A stretch of 64,000 bases of DNA from Eledone cirrhosa (taxonomy: Eukaryota), in the NCBI GenBank assembly GCA_964016885.1, contig OZ024751.1:17856001-17920000 (forward strand). The letters are read 5' to 3'. The position numbers and the translations under genes are program-made. Shown here in pieces: positions 26,248 through 41,156 of this stretch. Positions within the stretch are counted from its first letter, which is position 1. Each line of letters opens with the position of its first letter. The notes beneath the pieces were generated by a model that saw only the letters and a list, made by a program, of their open reading frames with translations, did no database searches and was not told the origin of the DNA.

Positions 26248-26979
26248 TTAACAACAACAACATAATTAACATCATCAAAGTCGTCGCAAGCAACATCAAC
26301 AACAACAACATCAACAACAACAACGACAACAACAACATCAACAACAACGACAACAACAACATCAACAACAACGACAACAACATCAGCAACAACGACGGCA
26401 ACAACAACACCATAATTAGTAATATAAATGCCGTTCCAAGCAACAACAACAACAACAACAACATCAACTACGAGCTAAGAGAGCCTCTGCTAAACACAGT
26501 AGCCAGTCCTTAATCAAATGTACTTAATCAAATGTACCACTACTACTACTCTGGTGAAAAGGTCATACGCTGACTATGATGGCGTGATGCTAGAGCTGTG
26601 AAATCTTGCATGCATTAATTTCAAATGCATTGTTTCTTTACAGGGATTATGTTTAAAAAGTAAACATCATTTTGGTCATTCCATGAGAGTATCTTGGTCA
26701 GCTTATGTACTTTTTAGACGACCCTTCTACTACTACTACTACTGCTACTACTACTACTACTACTACTACTACTGCTACTACTACTACTACTACTACTACT
26801 AATACTACTGCTGCTGCTGCTACTTTAATATATATAATTTTAATGACTATGATGATAATAATTATGGTAATTGTCATGCTATGATGGTTATTAACACTTT
26901 GATCACCATCATCTTTATCATCAATAACATCATCACAACCACCAACATATCATCATCATCATCATCAACATCACTACCA

Positions 26980-27153
26980 TTGGCAGTATCGGTAGAGTCA
27001 TATATGCTTTCCAGCGTAGTTACGTCCCTTTAGGATCTGAGTTCAAATCCCGCCGAGGTTAACTTTGCCTTTCATCCTTACGGGGTCCATAAAATAAAGT
27101 ACCAGTAATACACTGGTTATTTGCTGGCCTTGTGCCAAAAGTAGAAACAATTA
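26980..27153 (+). mobile_element. Main-family tRNA SINE
   Basis: Consensus motifs. Confidence 0.85.
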
Positions 27154-27339
27154 TCATCTTACTGAAGATCTCCGCCACGTGTATCGTTATATCCTCCGCC
27201 ACCACCTTCATCCTCTCCATTCCCCTCCTTATCATCATCATCATACTAACTATCATTAACATCATCATCATCATTCTAATCATCACCGTCGTCTATGTCT
27301 CATCTTCATCCTCCTCCTCTTCTACTTCTTCCTTCTCAT

Positions 27340-27790
27340 CATCATCATCACCATCATCATCATTGTCTTCGTTTCACTGTCATTAAACTCTCCTCCACCC
27401 CACCCCCCTGCCATTAAGCTCTCCTCTACCTCCATCTCACCCATCATCATCTTCGTTTCATTGTCATTAAGCTCCCCCCCCCCGCCCCTCCACTCACCCT
27501 CTATCATCATCATCGTCTTCGTTTCATTGTCATTAAAATCTCCTCCACCTCCTCTCCCCTCCATCATCATCATCATCATCATCATCGTCTTCGTTTCATT
27601 GTCATTAAAATCTCCTCCACCTCCTCTCCCCTCCATCATCATCATCATCATCGTCTTCGTTTCATTGTCATTAAAATCTCCTCCACCTCCTCTCCCCTCC
27701 ATCATCATCATCATCATCATCGTCTTCGTTTCACTGTCATTAAACTCTCCTCCACCTCCACCCCCCACCCCCGCCATCGTCGTCATCATC
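27340..27790. repeat. Minisatellite, unit about 60 bp with variable (CAT)n
   Basis: Repeated gtcttcgtttcattgtcattaaaatctcctccacctcctctcccctcc(atc)n. Confidence 0.9.
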
Positions 27791-28270
27791 ATAATTTCCA
27801 TAGCAACGTCTTAGCTTGTCTCTTCAAGTCTTGTCATCACCTCAACCCACCCAGGTACCCCTTAATTTGTACTCCTCTCCAACCAGAACCACCTACAACT
27901 AACTATTACCGCCCCACAATCATTTTTTTTTTTTTGTCTTTTCCTTTATTACCGTACCTTAACTTCGAACTTCCGTTCAGCCCTTTCTGGTTCCGTTGTC
28001 TGTAAATTAAGGGGTCACTTCCTGTAAGATTGGAGACCCTTATTCGGCAAACTAAACCCCTGTCGTTGACTTTTCCTCCGCCGATTGCTCCTTTGTCAAT
28101 GTTTCTTATTAGTAACCCTAAACCTATGATTATCAAATTGTAACATACAAAGCAACGGAGGGAGGGGCATGGCTGGATTTAATTAGATTAAGTTTATATT
28201 CATTTAATATTGTTGTTGTTATTGTTAATATATGTTTTATATTATTGTTTATATTTATTAAAATTCTTAG

Positions 28271-28355
28271 TATTGAGTCGTCAAGTATGAAATTTGTAAA
28301 AGTTTGTTCTTTTTACTATAAATTTCATACAAATCTCATACTTGACAAGCCATTA
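28271..28355. mobile_element. About 85-bp mariner/Tc1-type MITE (copy 1 of 3)
   Basis: TA-TTG(G/A)GTCGTCAAGTATG terminal inverted repeats; siblings at 51169-51251 and 60097-60180. Confidence 0.65.
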
Positions 28356-28835
28356 CATTTATTTAATATTGTTTTATTTATTCCTATTTTTGTTGTTGTT
28401 GTTGTTGTTAATATTTACTAATGTTGTTATTTATTAATGTTATTGTTGTTATTGTTAATATTTACTTAATGTTTTTGTTGTTTTGTTTTTATTAATTTTG
28501 TATTGTTGCTTAAACAAATAAATACAAAACAAAACAAACATTTGTGACCTTTGAAGGGGGAGGGGGAGTTGAATATTAGTTAGAGGGGGGAGAAGTGGAG
28601 TGGTGGTGGAGGAAATAAGAGGTAGAAAGAGAGAGAGGGAGTAGTGGTGTGGTGGTGGTGGAGGAAATAAGAAGTAGAAAGAGAGGGGGAGATAATGGTA
28701 CAAATATAGAGAGAAGGGGACTAATGAGAAGAAGTAAGAGAGAAAGACGAGGGAGAAAGTAAGAAAGAAAGGAGACAGGTAGGGAGAACAGAGAGAGGGG
28801 GTGGATCTTTTGCAATATTGTCCTCTTCAGTCAGG

Positions 28836-28900
<65 letters not shown>

Positions 28901-29220
28901 GACGCGCGGCTTTGTGGGTTGGGCATTCGGCACACAATCGTACGGTTGTGAGTTCGATTCCCGGCTGCACGTTGTGTCCTTGAGCAAGACACTTTATTTC
29001 ACGTTGCTCCAGTCCACTCATCTGGCAAAAATAAGTTGTACTTGTAATTCGAAGGGTCAGTCTTGTCACATTCTGTGTCACGTTGAATCTCCCTGAGAAC
29101 TACGTTAAGTGTAGGCGTGTCTGTAGAATGCTCAGCCACTTGCACGTTAATTTCATGAGCAGGCTCTTTCGTTGATTGGAACAACTGCAATACTCATCGT
29201 TGCAACCGACTGACTGCCAG
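28901..29220 (+). mobile_element. tRNA-derived CORE-type SINE
   Basis: B box gttcgattccc (28952) followed by CORE-like tgtgtccttgagcaagacacttta; the body recurs degraded at about 54105-54245. Confidence 0.7.
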
Positions 29221-29615
29221 TAATGTGTGTGTGTGCGTATGAGTATATCTAAGTACATGTGCATGTGCCATTGCGTGCTGGGTCTGTGTACATCTCACAT
29301 TTGTACACCAAGATAAACGAACTACATTAACCCTGCTACTGTATTATATCATTAATCATCCATTAATCTCTTTTACTAGAAAAATACGTTTTTTAAATCA
29401 ACTTTTCAATATAAAATGTACATCGGCTTCTGAAGTTTCGAGTTACTTTATTTTCGAGGCTGCAATTGACTCAATGATATGTTGCTCTGCTAAAAATAAT
29501 CCATAAAAAGCACACAAAACAATAAAAAACGTAAAATTACATTTAAATAAATGTGAAAATATTCAAGATGTATAGAATAGAGTACAGCCCTGATAAATAT
29601 ATAAACCGTTTAGAG

Positions 29616-29888
29616 CAGACATGGGCAAACCTTTTCGAGAAGCGAGCCGCATGAGATATGATTCATCATCAAGCGGGCCGCAAGCGTTAATTTACATTCG
29701 TGTCCACATTAAAAAAAGGGCGGTAACTCGGGGTTTTTTTATTTGTTTCTTCAGAATTCATACACGTTGTTATAGAAAGATAAATTACGACTGGAAAGTT
29801 TAGGTTTAAAAAAATCAGAAATATTTCACTTAGGTGACTTAGGCGAACCATTCAGGAAGCTTCGCGGGCCGCAGGTTGCCCATGACTG
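29616..29888. mobile_element. hAT (Charlie-like) MITE
   Basis: TIR CAGACATGGGCAA/TTGCCCATGACTG; 8-bp TSD gtttagag/gttttgag (7/8). Confidence 0.8.
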
Positions 29889-30159
29889 GTTTTGAGGGAG
29901 GGTAATTCAACTTTCGTCGTTTTTAAACTTATGTCTTGATGTCTGCAATCATTAAACGATGTAGGCTGAGGCATACCTGTACAGTAAATACAGGACAAAC
30001 AAGATATATTTCCACGGACAAAAGCATAATAAAGCAGAAACTCTCGGAGTTGTCTCTCTCAATATTACAGAATAAGAGTAATCTTAGACAACGCCCTAAG
30101 TGTTGTATCGCCTAATCACCGCATGGAAACGATGGAAATAACCAATCCCACACAAACAC

Positions 30160-30202
<43 letters not shown>

Positions 30203-30204
<2 letters not shown>

Positions 30205-30366
30205 TGCTATACTTTGGGAGGGTCATGTTGCCAATAAGAAACACACGCACCAGTTGATTTCACTTCCATTTATTATAATAAATTAAATTTATAAATTTAG
30301 GAATTTATCTGAAAACACACGTTTTCAGATAAAGAATCTTGCTAAACAAATTCAGAAACGAAATAT
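30203..30366. mobile_element. Rearranged 3'-end fragment of the PLE family at 49428-50655
   Basis: tactttgggagggtcatgttgccaataagaaacacacgcaccagttg matches 49493 onward; 30322-30365 is an inverted copy of 49428-49470; (TA)n flanks. Confidence 0.7.
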
Positions 30367-30440
30367 TTATATATATATATATATGTAAAAGGTAAACAAA
30401 AATAACAACACAATCGGCACAGTATATGGAAGGAATATAT

Positions 30441-30498
<58 letters not shown>

Positions 30499-30567
30499 TA
30501 TTATGTATATATATATATATATGCATGCACACGCACACACAAAAACATACACACACGCACACAGACA

Positions 30568-30658
<91 letters not shown>

Positions 30659-31169
30659 ATATGCATACAACTGCATATGACTCAAATAAAGGACAACTGA
30701 AATATCTCGGTGGTCAATCATACTAACGCGAGCGAGGTTGCTCTGTTATCTCAGTTTCTATCAGTTCTGATCTTTAATCATTAAAAGGTCACGCTTATTC
30801 ATACAACCAACACTGCGTGTCGGCCACCTTGTCCGGATGTCCTTTGTTTGTAATCCATATTTATAAGCAAGCAAATATCAAACTCCCAGGTGGTCCTCCA
30901 TTCATCAAACTTCCTTAGATATAATAATTTATCTTTCTTTCCCTATACTATGTAGGCGTAGATGGTCTAGTGGATCGGGTGCCGGAAAAAAACGGCCGAA
31001 CCTTTCCGTACATAACCTTTTCTGTCATATTCCTTGTAATAATACGTGTTAACCCTTTTCTTACCATATTTCTAGGGAAAGAAGCTGGGTATGATTTTGA
31101 AATAATTTTCTGAAAATATTCATAAATTTGTAGGGATTCATTATTCATTATATATCTGGTGTTTAAAGG

Positions 31170-31740
31170 GCAGTGGATAAGCTGAGTCGTTAATGCATTG
31201 GATAAATGCTTAAGAATATTGGTTTCCAGAATTTTACGTTCCAAGTTCAAATCCTTCGAAGGTCCACTTAGCCTTTCATCATTCCGAGGTACAGAATATA
31301 AAGGACAAGTCATGTACTGAGGTCGATGCAATCACCTTCCTTCCACAAATGTTGGCCTTATACCCATCATTATTTATGGCCGTTTATAGTCTGAGTTAAA
31401 AATCCCACCGAGGTTAACTTTGCCTTTCATTCTTACGAGGTCGATAAAATAAAGTACCAGTAAAGCACTTGGATAATTGCTGGCCTTGTGCCAAAAGTAA
31501 AAACAATTATTTATCTTGTGTTTGGGGCGATGGATTGGCTAAACTGTTACGGCGTCGGATAACATGCATTGCGGTTTAGAGTTACGTTTACGTTCCGAGA
31601 ACAAATCCCGCTGATGTTAGATTTGCTTTTCATCCTTAAAGGGTCGATAAATGAAGTAACAGTAATGCACTGGTGTCGATTTAATCGACTTGTTCCTCCC
31701 CCATAATTGTTGGCTTTGTGACTAAATCAGAATCCCTTAT
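31170..31740 (+). mobile_element. Three head-to-tail main-family SINE copies of different ages
   Basis: Repeated B box, cctttcatc-like and gataaa.taaagtacc-like motifs. Confidence 0.7.
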
Positions 31741-33016
31741 TTATCAGGCGTTTAGACCATAACCTAAATGTTCTTACTTAAAATTATGATGGAATGATTT
31801 TAATAAATCTTTCATTTTATTAAATACTAATTATTATAGTTGAAGCTTTTGTTTACTTTTTAGCCCCAGGTCTGAACTAATAGAGTGGGTACATTGTCCT
31901 TTTCATATCTGTAACTACACAATAAATTGTAAGATCTCATTTGAGAGAGATTTGTTACTAACTCTAACAGATTTGTTAACCAAGGTACGCTCGTTAGCTC
32001 AGTGGGCTATGCCCTATCACCAATGAATTCTCTACATTGGTACAAGGTCTGCTAGAATTATTAGCAAAATACCCCCCCCCCCCCCACGACATCCTGCCAC
32101 CATTAAAAAGAAAAGGTCACAAAAAATATAATAATGAAGGCAGGAGGTTCACGAGGGGACGTATCTTTGACAGATATTAACTGATCAGTGTTGCCATTGA
32201 GCTAAACAACCATAACTCAAATAGTCACAGCAACGGCGGCAATATTATAAACTTGACGTATGGTGTTTAGCGTCAGGTCAGCGTTAAACGAACAGAACTA
32301 TGATTAAACGCATTGAAGAGAATTTAGCTGTTATGACTAGCAAATTAAATGACCGTGGCGAGGTAGGCGGGGTGGTGGCTACTTATTGCTTCAGAAACTT
32401 GATGTTTTATGCTTCACCAATTTTTGATCACGCCAAATTATTCAGTTCACCAAGCTCGATAGTTCGCCTGACATTGTGCGCGTGCGCAGCTGCACAACAG
32501 CTAACAGAGAATAATATGCACGTGGCTCAGTATTCCATCACCCTCTCAGTATCAACCTTCTCATCATTAACCTCTCCTCTTTCTTCTCCTCTTCCTTCTC
32601 CTCCACCACAGACAACACAGAATCAGTGTTTTCTCATTTTCATCATTGTCCTCATCATATCCTTACCCTCCTCTTCCCTCCCCCTTCCACCTCCTGCACC
32701 AGTCAATGAGAACACTCTAGCGATGTATGTTCACTCATTATCACACTTTATTTTCCAGCCAACACCAACTGTTGCTTATAAGGTATCAGTATATAAACAG
32801 GGGTCAGCCTGGAGTAAAGCAAACGTTGCTTAGTTACCAAACTGCCTAGTGATAGATGTGAAGATTCAACAACACTGCCCACTCATTTATCGATATCTTT
32901 GGCAAAGACACGGCAAGATAAAACATACACAGAAACCATTCCATGGATCCTTAACACTCGATGGAATCGTAGAGAGTGGAATCATGAAATCTTGAGATAA
33001 ATTTCGGCCCCAGAGA

Positions 33017-33200
33017 TAATTGTTTCTACTTTTGCCACAAGGCCAGCAATTACCCAGTGCATTACTGGTACATTATTTTATCGACTCCGTAAGGATGAAA
33101 GGCAAAGTTAACCTCGGCGGGATTTGAACTCAGATCATACAGGGAGGTAACTCTATGCTTCAAATCATGGCATCCGACCCTCTACCGATACTGCCAATCC
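33017..33200 (-). mobile_element. Main-family tRNA SINE with probable TSD
   Basis: Full consensus; flanked by cggccccagagataat and cggccccaaagataat. Confidence 0.85.
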
Positions 33201-33776
33201 GGCCCCAAAGATAATGTTGGGTCGTATCTAGGTAAAAGATACAACTAATTAACTATATTTAATTACTTCAAGACATCTATTGTAAACCGAGAGGTGAAGA
33301 TATGAATATTTAGGCCTTAACACTCAAAATACTAAAATACTAAAAATGGACTTTGGAGAAGGATCAGAAAGAAACAGTAAAACCAGAATGACTTCGCTGA
33401 ACTGAAGTCCCCAGTATATATATGACTTGAAGGCGGCCGACTGAACTAGAAACTGCTAAATGTGTGGCCGCACTCTTGTCTCTCTGCCTTTTCAGCCCCA
33501 TAGATTAAATTCCTTTGTAATATTTCGAATACTTGATGATGTCACCGGATTCATAGTGAACCCGCACATTGAAATATTCATAGTATAATACACCTTTAAG
33601 GAATTACACCAGTCCAGCCTCCTGTTATTTTATAATAATTAACTCCGTACTCGCACCACCAACAACACAAACGAAGACGGGTGAATTGCATTACGTCGAA
33701 TGCTCTCCCTAATATTACATCGAGGTTGACCATACGGAATGACCAGTTCTATCCAGTAGTGAACCAACAAACCTAA

Positions 33777-33881
<105 letters not shown>

Positions 33882-33951
33882 AATATATATATATAAATAT
33901 ATATAAATATATATATATAAATATATATATATTATATATATATATATATAA

Positions 33952-34054
<103 letters not shown>

Positions 34055-35042
34055 AGTGGAAGTTTAGTAAAATGGAAGCTTTGGCTGTGGCCAAGCAAAG
34101 TCGACCTACAATAAGGAATGAGTAGCAAAGCACTCAATAAGAGTAGGTCTTTAGGGTAATAACATACGTTTAAATAGCTTGACAAATAGAAAATTGCGGT
34201 AGGCAAAACCCAACTATACAATACCAAAACAACGTAAGAACTAATCAGGTTAAAAAAAATATATATACAATCTATTTCCATAGAAAAGGTAAAGGAAGGA
34301 ATAGTGCTCTATGTATAGTACAGAGCTAAAGAGCTATTTCATTATATAATAAACAACACAATATACTTCTGTTAAGTCTAGTTTCATGGAACCTTAGGTA
34401 ATGGAATAATTATAGTGTTTTTTATTATATTATATTATATATATATATATATATAATATAATATATTATTAAAACAAACAAATTTAACAATCGAAATCCC
34501 CAATAGGGGGGAGGCGTTACAAATGGGAGACAGACTGACAGACAGACAGACAGACGGACAGATATATATAGATAAATGGTTGTGTTGCATGGTGGTGCAG
34601 TTAGTGGTGGTGATTGTATTGTTAACTGGAGATTGGTGGAGGTGGTGTTGTGCTGTTGCTGTTGTTGATGTTGTAGTTGTTAGCGGTAGTGGTGGTGGTG
34701 CTAGGTCATGGTGATGGTGGCCACGTTAGTAAGAGCTGAAGGCTGATGGCTGATAATGTAGACACACACATCTATCCACCCCCATTTGCTATCTCAGTCT
34801 CGATAAAAGTTGACATGTAAATCAGCAGGAACATTCCATTTGAAGCTCAGTCGGCTGGAAATCAACGTAACACGGTCGTTGACATCATTCAGTAGACATG
34901 ATACACTGTGTGGAGTGAACGAGTGAGTGAGTGAGTGAGTGAGTGAGTGGGTGAGTGAGTTAGAATGTAAATGTGGGAAGTAGGAGGTTATGGCTGTGTG
35001 AGGCGAATGAATTGGGATCTATAAAGAGAGAGAGAGAGAGAG

Positions 35043-35128
<86 letters not shown>

Positions 35129-35459
35129 AGTGAGTTACAGTGTAAATGTGGGAAGTAGGAGGTTATGGCTGTGTGAGACGAATGAATTGGGATCGAGAGA
35201 GAGAGAGAGAGAGAGAGAGGCGAGAGAGAGTGAGAGAGAGGCGAGAGAGAGAGAGAGAGAGAGAGGCGATAGAGAGAGAGATAGGCGAGAGAGAGAGAGG
35301 GGGAGAGAGAGAGAGGTGGAGCGAGAGAGAGTATGGAAAAAGCTAGTATTTTAATTTGGAGTGTGATAGAAAGTGACATTGGGAAACGAGAGAGGTGGAT
35401 ATAGACAGGGTGCAGTGTGATAGAAATGGCTGGTATGATGTGAAGAGAGCGTGTAAGAT

Positions 35460-35512
<53 letters not shown>

Positions 35513-35517
<5 letters not shown>

Positions 35518-35720
35518 AACGAGTAGGAACCCGACGGCTGAGCTCAAGCCGTTTCGACGGCTAATATATATACGATATTAACAAATGGAAACTATATTCA
35601 TAAAACCATATTTATTTCATTATACATATTTCAAGGACACCAAATTAAATTATGGTGTGCTTTCATCAGACAAAATATAGTATATATCAGTTTTATAAAT
35701 AAATCGTTAATATCGTATAT
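35513..35720 (-). mobile_element. Family A arm fragment (35513-35563) next to a family B copy with hammerhead motif (35623-35669)
   Basis: Minus strand CTGATGA-AAG-CACACCA-loop-TGGTGT-CCTT-GAAA-TATGTA; 15-bp terminal inversion atatacgatattaac/gttaatatcgtatat. Confidence 0.65.
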
Positions 35721-35804
35721 TTACTCCAAACACTTGTTGAGTGCTTTATATTAGTTATAAAAATATTTGCTTGTTGTATCCCAACAATTTAAATAGAACT
35801 TTTG

Positions 35805-35859
<55 letters not shown>

Positions 35860-36004
35860 TTATATAATGAGATTTTAAAAATCTCATTTCATAAAATCTC
35901 TGTCTGGTGAACGATCTAGACATATATTAATATTGCCTAGGGTCCTGAAACCTTTGGTAATGGAGTAGTTATTATATATTGTATTGTTCACTTTCTAACC
36001 AAAA

Positions 36005-36054
<50 letters not shown>

Positions 36055-36211
36055 AGTAATTAAGTATCGAGAGAGAGAAGAAGAAATAGGTGATGCATGT
36101 AGTTATTTGCAATAGCATATGCAAAGGGTGCTCAATGCGTGTGCCTGCAGTGTTAAATATTAGAAGTGTTAATATCTAGTGGGCGAGACAATCAGCAGAG
36201 CGGATACAGGT

Positions 36212-36336
36212 GCAGAAATATATATAAAGGAGAACAAACCGTTAAAACATGCTTATTTAAAATACCTATTTTAAATAAACATGTTTTAACGGTTTGTTCT
36301 CCTTTATATATATTTCTCCACGTATATATATTTCTC

Positions 36337-36430
<94 letters not shown>

Positions 36431-36545
36431 AAACGAAAAATCAGTGATGCATCTGAACTCAATTTATTGTGTTACAACTGTTTCGCCGGCGGACAGCTCA
36501 AAAGATTGAGTTCAGATGCATCAATGATTTTTCGTTTTCTATTCT
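36212..36545. repeat. Two fold-back palindromes (about 36214-36317 and 36427-36542) separated by a TA/GA tract
   Basis: aaggagaacaaaccgttaaaacatg/catgttttaacggtttgttctcctt; atagaaaacgaaaaatca.tgatgcatctgaactcaat/attgagttcagatgcatca.tgatttttcgttttctat. Confidence 0.75.
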
Positions 36546-36739
36546 ATCATACTCTGCTCTGTAAGAGCATAGAGTTCTCAACGGCATACCACATATGGAA
36601 GCATCTTAGCTACCATCAGACATATATATATATATATAACACGATTAACGAAGATCGCTGGTATAAATACAGCGTCCTTCGGCCAGCGTCTAGCTGACTC
36701 AACAAATCTAATGAATTGCAGTTATGCAATTGTTTTTAC

Positions 36740-36802
<63 letters not shown>

Positions 36803-36808
<6 letters not shown>

Positions 36809-36982
36809 ATAACCACAAACCCTCCATCTCAATTCTACTTTTGAAAAGCACAAGAACTGCGAAACCGGTAAAGGAACCAAATAAATATTAAAAAAAAAAA
36901 AAGTCTCCAGTTGCATTTTCGATTTCATCTTTTTTCCTTATACTTTCACTCGTTTTTTTTTCATTTTGTAAAAAAAACTCTC

Positions 36983-36990
<8 letters not shown>
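36803..36990 (+). mobile_element. Family C short element with U3-A8 hammerhead (36838-36873)
   Basis: CTT-TTGAAAA-GCA-loop-TGC-GAAACCGGTA-AAG then AATAAA; sibling on minus at 57938-58150 with the same 3' end at (TA)n. Confidence 0.7.
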
Positions 36991-37080
<90 letters not shown>

Positions 37081-37455
37081 GAAATAGAAGGAAAGAGTGA
37101 CAAATGGAGAAAGGGGAAGACGATTATGGTGGGACATATAAAGAGAGGAGAAGAGAGAAAATATATCGTCTATATCTCTATGTATATAGACGGAGACATA
37201 CATTGCATATAGACACACACACACATATATAATAGGACATTAGACATACAAGTGTTAAATGTAACATATTCTAGCTTGTCTATTCCGATGCTTAAACAAT
37301 AAGTAGCACCATGTTAGAATATAAGCGGACATGATACATATGGAAAATGGTTAACATTTTTACATAATACCCCACTGAAACGGCCACAGATTTCATGATA
37401 CAAAACTACTGATTTTAAAGTAGTCTATTTTAAATTCGATTTATCAGATTTGTTA

Positions 37456-38642
37456 TAATTGTTTCCACTTTAGGCCAGCAAATTACTCAGTACATTACTG
37501 GTACTTTATTTTATCGACCCCGTAAGAATGAAAGGCAAAGTTAACCTCGGCGGGATTTGAACTCAGACTGTAAAGGGACGTAACTATGCTAGAAAGCATG
37601 GCGTCCAACCCTCTACCGACACTGCCAGATTTGTTATAATGTCGGATAAAATGTTTTGCGTTATTCGTCCCGGCTCTTTCAGTTCCAATCCTTCCGAGGT
37701 CAACTTTGTCTTTCTCCCTTTCGAGATCGATAAATTGGTTTAACACTATGGCTGGTTCTTCCTCTATATCCCTCTCTCACTTCTCCCCACCACACACACA
37801 CTCTCTCTCTCCATCCATCTGTTTCATTCTTTCTCCTTCCCTTCCTTTTTCCTTTTCTCTATTATTTATTTCTTATTTATATATATTTATATATGTTTAT
37901 TAGTGCTCCTTTCAGTTTCGATTCAGCCCCGTTCATAATCTTTCTCATTCCCTGCTAGAGATCTGCTGTGTTCAGTCTTAGAGACGTATGGTCTCCACCA
38001 GTTTTAACATGCCCAAGAGATGTCGTATGCTACTACGGCGCTTCTACGTTTCCATACATTAAAATTCAATCCTTCTACCATAGATTTATGTAAGACTGCG
38101 TTTTTTATGGTAATCAACGGATAAATAATTCTTAGAAATTTGAGGGAAGAGAACAATCGATTATATAGTTACGGCCCTTTACGTTCTGAGGTCAATTCCC
38201 AACGATGTTAACTTTGCATATCATCTTTACTAGGTTGATGAAATAAAATAACCATAATGCACTGGGGTCGATTTATTGGACTTTCCCTCCCACCAAAATT
38301 GTTGGCCTTGTGCCTAAATCAGAAACCATTGTGGATTGGCAGTATCGGTAGAGGCTCGGACGCCATGCTTTGACGCATAGAGTTACGGCCCTTGCCATTC
38401 TGAGTTCAAATCCCGCCGAGGTTAACTTTGCCTTTCATTCTTACGGGGTCGATAAAATAAAGTACCAGTAATACACTGGGTAATTACTGGCCTTGTGCCA
38501 AAAGTAGAAACAATTATTATAGTCTTCTATTTTTGGCACAAGGCCACCAATTACCCAGTACAAAGTACCAGTAATGTACTGGTTGATTGCTGGCCTTGTG
38601 CCAAAAGTAGAAACAATTATTATAATCTATTACCACCACCAG

Positions 38643-38686
<44 letters not shown>

Positions 38687-38930
38687 AAAAAATAATATTG
38701 GTTTCTTATATAGCACAAGGCAAGCAATTTGGGGGGAGGGGCAAGTCGATCAAATCGACCCCAGTGCGTGACTGGTACTTTATTTTATCGACCCCGTAAG
38801 GATGAAAGGCAAAGTTAACCTCGGCGGGATTTGAACTCAGATCGTAAAGGGCCGTAACTCTTTGCTGCAAAGCATGGCGTCCGACCCTCTACCGATACTG
38901 CCAATCCACCACCCGATACTGCCAAATAAT
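37456..38930. mobile_element. Dense main-family SINE cluster (minus 37456-37628; plus 37640-37740, 38165-38330, 38330-38520; tail-tail 38520-38620; minus 38695-38912)
   Basis: Consensus motifs in both orientations; short-tail and long-tail (gtcgat..aatcgac hairpin) subtypes. Confidence 0.8.
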
Positions 38931-39124
38931 AATAATAAATAAATATATGAAAAAACCCAGTGACGGAATACTAATCTGTTAAGATCGATGGTCGCCAACA
39001 ATTTCCGTCGTACCCTATCACATCGGCTTAGCATGTTCTCAACTGTATAAGTCAGCGCCTAAATATATAAATAAGTAAGTGAAAGTGAAAGTAGAGGAGG
39101 TGAAAGAGAAAGTAGTGATCATGT

Positions 39125-39490
39125 CGTTGGTGTTGTTGATGATGGTGATAGTGATTGTGGTGTTGGTGGTGTTGATGATGGTAATAGTGATTGTGGTGTT
39201 GGTGGTGTTGATGATGGTAATAGTGATTGTGGTGTTTGGTGGTGTTGATAATGGTAATAGTGATTGTGGTGTTGGTGGTGTTGATGGTGGTAATAGTGAT
39301 TGTGGTGTTTGGTGGTGTTGATGATGGTAATAGTGATTGTGGTGTTGGTGGTGTTGATGATGGTAATAGTGATTGTGGTGTTGGTGGTGTTGATGATGGT
39401 AATAGTGATTGTGGTGTTGGTGGTGTTGATGATGGTAATAGTGATTGTGGTGTTGGTGGTGTTGATGATGGTAGTAATTGTGGTGTTGGC
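39125..39490. repeat. 39-bp minisatellite
   Basis: gatgatggtaatagtgattgtggtgttggtggtgtt repeated about 9 times. Confidence 0.9.
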
Positions 39491-39657
39491 GGCGGTGGGT
39501 TTTTTTTGAGGTAATGTTGGTTCTAATGGTGGTTGTCTAAATCTTCCTTTTTTTCGCTTATTTTTCTTACGAAGAAACATTTTAAGGGATGAGAAGGTTA
39601 CTTCGATGTTTGAGCGATTCTTTTGAACACAGATGAAGTAGTGTGAAGAACGATTAC

Positions 39658-39748
<91 letters not shown>

Positions 39749-41031
39749 TTGAGAAAGAGGGGGTGAAATAGAGGGAGGGGTGAGGGGGTGGGGGGAGGGG
39801 TGATAGAGAGGGGTGAGATGGGGTAGAGAGGAAGAGGGGTAGAGGAAGAGAGGGCGAGGAAGAGGGGGTAGATGAAGAGAGGAAGGGGGGGATACGAATG
39901 AATGAGTAAGAAAGTGTGAGGAGAAAGAGAAGATGGACGAAGGTGGGGTTGTGTGAAAGAATAAAGGTAGGAAGGCAGGAAGTGAGGAAGGAAGGAAAGG
40001 AGGGTTGAGAGAAAATGATCGGGAGTGCGGAAAGAAGAAGAAAAAGAAAAAGAAAAAGAAAAAGAAGAAAAACAACAACAAGGACAAGAAAAATAAAAAT
40101 AAAAAAAAATAAAAATAAAAATAAAAATAAAAAGATAAAAAAAGAATCTGAAAAAAAAAAAAAAGAAGAAAAAGAAGAAGAAAGAAGAAGAAAAAGAAGT
40201 AGAAAAAGAAGAAATTACAGAGGCAGAAAATAAGAGGAGGAGAGTGAAAGTGAGCAAGCGAGAAAGTGTGAAAGAGAGAGTGGTGGTGGTGGGGGGGGGG
40301 GAGTATAAAAGGCCGTTAAAATTGTTCTGATGGTGATGGGAAGAGAAGGAAGGAAAGCGGAAGAAGGAGGGAAAAAAAGCGATTGAAATGAGGGTTAAGG
40401 TGAGATGATGGTTTAATGACTGAGATGAAAGAAAAGAATGGAGATGGTGAAGTGGTGAAAGGTGAGTAGGGGGAAACAAGGGTGGTTATGGCGGTGAGGG
40501 TGAAGGGGCAGAAGCGAGAGTCAGAGAGAGAAGAGCAGAGAAAGAGATGGGGGAGGGAGAGGGAGGGAGAGGGAGAGGGAGAGAGAGAGAGAGGAGAGAG
40601 GGAGAGAGAGAGGGGAGAGAGAGAGAGAGAGAGAGGGGGAGAGAGAAGGAGAGAAAGAGAGGAGAGAGAGAGATGGAGAGAGAGAGAGATGGAGAGATAG
40701 AGATGGAGGGAGAGAGAGAGAAAGAGATGGGGGAGGGAGAGGGAGAGATAGGGAGAGAGAGAGGGGAGATAGGAGAGAGAGAGAGAGAAGGAGAGTGAGA
40801 GAGATGGAGAGTGAGAGAGGGAGGGAGAGAGAGAGAGTGAAAGAGAGAGAGAGAGAGATAGAAAGTGAGGGAGAGAGAGAAAGAGATGGAAGAGAGAGAG
40901 AAAGAGAGAGGGCGAGGGAGAGAAGTGACAAGTAAGAGGAGATATAAATATACATAGAGAAACAAACAGACAGAATAGAAGAGCAACGAAGAAAAGAGGT
41001 GTGTATGGGGAAGATAAAAGGTGACTATGGT

Positions 41032-41075
<44 letters not shown>

Positions 41076-41156
41076 GGGGCGTAAAATGGGATAGATAGAA
41101 ATAGAGAGATGATAAGAGCGAGAGAGAAAGAGAGGGGGGATGGGCAGAGGCAGGAT

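Noticed and set aside
27322-27801. Met/Gly-rich repeat peptide (reflectin-like at a glance)
   Set aside because: Product of a 60-bp minisatellite; lacks reflectin M/FD-x5-MD motifs and Tyr/Arg content.
28901-28975. tRNA gene
   Set aside because: A tRNA-like head continues into a SINE body and no proper cloverleaf could be formed.
32300-32833. 177-aa ORF
   Set aside because: Patchwork of old repeat and pyrimidine-rich low-complexity sequence with no recognisable domain.
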